Part shown: in pieces, positions 51,186-54,036 of the stretch | Layout: every line of letters starts with the position of its first letter | Position numbering within the stretch: the first letter of the stretch is position 1 | DNA from: Candidatus Hydrogenedentales bacterium | Lineage (GTDB): Bacteria > Hydrogenedentota > Hydrogenedentia > Hydrogenedentales > JAEUWI01 | Direction of reading: 5' to 3' | Length of the DNA stretch: 54,036 nucleotides | Assembly (NCBI GenBank): GCA_044344195.1 | Contig: JBIJDL010000001.1 | Location: forward strand, 1-54,036 | Translations under genes and position numbers: made by a program | Notes under the pieces: model-generated | Databases searched by the model: none | What the model was told of the DNA's origin: nothing | Seen by the model: only the letters and a program-made list of their open reading frames with translations

Positions 51186-52589
51186 ATGGAGCTACCCGCC
51201 ATCAAGAACAGTACCGCCACGGCGCGCCATGGCCGGTCGCCGGTGAAGTGGCGGCACTCCATGTATTTTCGCGTGCTGGTGCTGTGTTGCGTACTGCTGC
51301 TGTGCCTGTTCACCTCGATTTTCATCATCGTCCGGCACACCATCAGCGAGGCCGTGCGCGAAGTGGAATCGGAATCCCGGGAAATCGCCAGACGCGTCAT
51401 CGAGATGTCCGACGGCGATACGCCCCTGGAACGCGACGAGATCGCCGAGATTTTTGCGGGCGGCCGCGACGACACGCAGGTTCGCATCGAGCCGTTGGGC
51501 GACCTGCTTAAGGAACCTCGGAACACGGTGGAATATTGGGCGGACGGCACGGTAACTCGGGTGGTTCGCGTGCCGCTGGAGCGGTTGAACCTCGTGGTGG
51601 CCATCAATCGCAGCACCAACGCATCCGTTGAAGTACTGCGCGCTTTCAAGAACCGGTACATCCTGCTGGTGACCCTCGTGTTCGTCGTCACCCTGTGGAT
51701 CATGATCTACACCATCCACCGGACGCTCCGCCCTCTGATGGACCTCTCCGACACCTGCGCGGCCATTACGGAGGGCAATCTGCAGACGGTGAAGATCGCC
51801 CGATCCTCCGGCGAAGTGCAGTTGCTCGAATCCAAGTTCAACGATATGGTCGAGTCGCTTCGCGAAAAGGAAGTGATGGAGGTGAAGCTGCGCCAGGCCC
51901 AGCGCCTTTCGGCTCTGGGCAACCTGGCGGCGGGCGTGGCCCACGACGTACGCAACCCGCTGAACGCGATCAAGCTGCTGTCGAGCCACGCCATCGACTC
52001 CATGGGGGGCGATGGCGCCACGCCCGGCGTGAAGCCCTTGATGACCATTCGTGCCGAAGTGGACCGGCTGGAAGAGATCGTGTCAGGCTTTCTTTCGCTG
52101 GCGAAGGAGCGGGAACTGGAGCCGGAGCCCACGAGTGTGGATGCCGTGCTGGAGGAGTGCGTGCGCCTCTTCCAGAAGGACGCGGAAGAACGGGGGGTGG
52201 AGCTCATCAGCGAGTTGAAAGCGGGCGGCACGCTCCTGATGCTGGACGGAAAGCAGTGGTCCCGGGCGGTGCTGAATGTGCTGCTGAACGCGCTGGAGGC
52301 CTGCAAGCCGGGTGGCCACGTGCGCCTCAGCTCTACTATTCGCAATGACGCGTGCCAAATCCTGGTGGAAGATGACGGTCCCGGTCTGCCGGACAGCGTG
52401 ATCGAGCAGGTTTTCGATCCTTATTACACGACGAAGCAGGGCGGCACGGGCCTGGGCCTTTCCATCACGCGGGGCATTGTGGAGGAGCACGGCGGCACCA
52501 TCGAGTTGAGCAGCCGGGACGGCCAGGGCTGCCGGGTTTCGATCACCATTCCGTTGAAGCAGAAGATCTCCCGATCCAGGGTGCATTGA
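51186..52589 (+). CDS. Sensor histidine kinase (two TM helices, HAMP-like, HisKA, HATPase)
   Basis: H-box AAGVAHDVRNPLNAI, N-box VLLNALEA, G-boxes EDDGPGL and GGTGLGLSI. The start is uncertain (51186 or Met26 at 51261). Confidence 0.85.
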   Translation: MELPAIKNSTATARHGRSPVKWRHSMYFRVLVLCCVLLLCLFTSIFIIVRHTISEAVREVESESREIARRVIEMSDGDTPLERDEIAEIFAGGRDDTQVRIEPLGDLLKEPRNTVEYWADGTVTRVVRVPLERLNLVVAINRSTNASVEVLRAFKNRYILLVTLVFVVTLWIMIYTIHRTLRPLMDLSDTCAAITEGNLQTVKIARSSGEVQLLESKFNDMVESLREKEVMEVKLRQAQRLSALGNLAAGVAHDVRNPLNAIKLLSSHAIDSMGGDGATPGVKPLMTIRAEVDRLEEIVSGFLSLAKERELEPEPTSVDAVLEECVRLFQKDAEERGVELISELKAGGTLLMLDGKQWSRAVLNVLLNALEACKPGGHVRLSSTIRNDACQILVEDDGPGLPDSVIEQVFDPYYTTKQGGTGLGLSITRGIVEEHGGTIELSSRDGQGCRVSITIPLKQKISRSRVH

Positions 52590-52611
52590 TCGGGTGCAGA
52601 CAGGAGTATCC

Positions 52612-53982
52612 ATGGCACAGTCCATTCTAATCACCGAAGATGATCGCGTACAGCGGGAGGTTATCACCGATATCCTCACCCAATCGGGCTATGAAATCAC
52701 GGCGAGCGAATCGGCGGAGAAGACGCTGGAGATCCTCAAGGAGCGTACCTTCGAGTTGCTGCTCACGGACATGCGCATGCCCGGCCTGGACGGCCTGGAG
52801 CTGCTGCGCCGTGCGAAGCGGTTGCGTCCTGAGATCGAGGTGGTGGTGATGACGGCCCACGCCACGATCCGTACGGCGGTGACGGCGATGAAAGAAGGGG
52901 CGATCGACTATCTGGAGAAGCCCTTCGACAAGGATACCCTGCTCCACGTAATCAACCGGGTCTTTGAGCGGACGAACCTGCAAAAGGAGAACCGGCAACT
53001 ACGCGAGCTCGTTTCGCGGAGCGTTTCCCTCGGCAGCATCATCGGCGAGAGTCCGGCGATGCAGGCCGTGTTTGAGCGCACTGCGAAGGCGGCCCGGGTG
53101 AACAGCACGGTGCTGATTCTGGGCGAATCGGGCACGGGCAAGGAAATGATTGCGCGCCATATTCACTTTGAGGGCAACCGCCAGAAGAAGCCCTTCGTGG
53201 TGGTGAATTGCGCGGCCATCCCCGACAACCTTGTGGAGTCGGAGCTGTTCGGCCACGAGAAGGGCGCATTTACCGGCGCGGATGCGAGCCGTCCCGGCAA
53301 ATTTGAAGATGCGAACACGGGCACGCTTTTCCTCGATGAGATCGGCGACATGCACCTGGAGTCCCAGGCCAAGCTCTTGCGGGTACTGCAGGATGGCGTG
53401 GTGGAGCGCGTGGGCAGCAGCAAGACGCGCCAGGTGGATGTGCGTGTGATCGCGGCGACGAACCGCGACCTGCGCGAGCGCGTGGAGCGCGGCGAATTCC
53501 GGGAAGATCTCTATTTTCGGCTCGAAGTACTGCCGGTCTATCTTCCGCCGCTTCGCGAGCGCATCGAAGATCTGCCACTGCTGATCAAGCACTTTCGGGA
53601 AAAGCTGGGCGCCAAAATCGGGATCGACACGCCGCAGGTGGGCCCCGAAGTCGTGGACGCCTTCCGCCGCTACCGCTGGCCGGGCAACGTGCGGGAGCTG
53701 GAGCATACGTTGGAGCAGTTGTTTATTCTCGCGAACGACGACGTGCTCACGGCGAAAGATCTGCCCGAGAAGTTTCACCAGGTGCCCGTGCCCGCAGGTG
53801 AGGTGGGCTTGCCCCCAGGCGGCCTCTCGTTGGAAGAGCTCGAGCAGGATCTCATCCGCCAGGCGCTGGAGCGCAGCGGCGGACGGATCAAAGAGGCGGC
53901 GGAATTGCTTGGACTGACCTATAAGACCTTGCAGTATCGATTGAAGAAGCACGAGATCGATCGCAAGGCGGCGGAGAATTGA
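52612..53982 (+). CDS. Sigma-54-dependent response regulator (NtrC/AtoC family)
   Basis: Receiver domain (ILITEDD...LLLTDMRMPGLDG). AAA+ Walker A GESGTGKE, the GAFTGA loop (EKGAFTGA), and ESELFGHE. C-terminal Fis-type HTH AAELLGLTYKTLQYRLKKH. AGGAG lies 5 nt upstream of the ATG at 52612. Confidence 0.9.
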   Translation: MAQSILITEDDRVQREVITDILTQSGYEITASESAEKTLEILKERTFELLLTDMRMPGLDGLELLRRAKRLRPEIEVVVMTAHATIRTAVTAMKEGAIDYLEKPFDKDTLLHVINRVFERTNLQKENRQLRELVSRSVSLGSIIGESPAMQAVFERTAKAARVNSTVLILGESGTGKEMIARHIHFEGNRQKKPFVVVNCAAIPDNLVESELFGHEKGAFTGADASRPGKFEDANTGTLFLDEIGDMHLESQAKLLRVLQDGVVERVGSSKTRQVDVRVIAATNRDLRERVERGEFREDLYFRLEVLPVYLPPLRERIEDLPLLIKHFREKLGAKIGIDTPQVGPEVVDAFRRYRWPGNVRELEHTLEQLFILANDDVLTAKDLPEKFHQVPVPAGEVGLPPGGLSLEELEQDLIRQALERSGGRIKEAAELLGLTYKTLQYRLKKHEIDRKAAEN

Positions 53983-54036
53983 GGCGGGGGATGCAGCGCC
54001 AAAAGACTCATTGATCCTCGCCTGTTGAGAGAATTG

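Overview
GC-rich bacterial chromosomal segment, about 39 protein-coding genes on both strands. By eye I found no rRNA, tRNA, CRISPR array, transposase or integrase. All calls rest on reading the ORF translations and the DNA directly; no searches were run, so family assignments are motif-based. Most of the window is housekeeping: rfbD-rfbB, ftsK, pgsA-alr, ftsH-folP-glmM-pdxJ-tilS-hpt, transketolase, UDG, and a sensor kinase with an NtrC-type regulator. Several ORF-track starts look too far upstream and were trimmed using RBS or family N-termini (rfbD, HAD, Hyi-like, FHA phosphatase, pgsA, yacP-like, folP, pdxJ, hpt, giant surface protein, NtrC-like). Best candidates for something new: (1) a co-directional 9-gene cluster at 14058-21788. 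An FHA-GAF-PP2C phosphatase, an RsbW-type kinase and a phosphorylatable STAS protein lie directly upstream of MlaE/MlaF, an MCE protein with a repeat-built helical tail, a PqiC-type lipoprotein, an unknown 2-TM protein and a PagL-like barrel. No sigma factor is present, which suggests a phospho-switchable MlaB-like regulator of envelope lipid transport. (2) A 1442-aa transmembrane Ser/Thr kinase with an extracytoplasmic WD40 region and two PDZ-like domains, followed by a 430-aa protein of unknown family that is an internal tandem duplication of a ~210-aa module. (3) A perfect 37-38 bp inverted repeat around a 131-bp spacer between alr and a YacP/NYN gene. (4) A dispersed MITE/REP-like repeat family (three copies), plus other intergenic palindromes built from 8-9 nt periodic words. 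(5) A 1279-aa surface protein (Gly-rich region, 5 BACON-like repeats, FN3). Many long antisense ORFs in the track are GC-driven shadows and were rejected.
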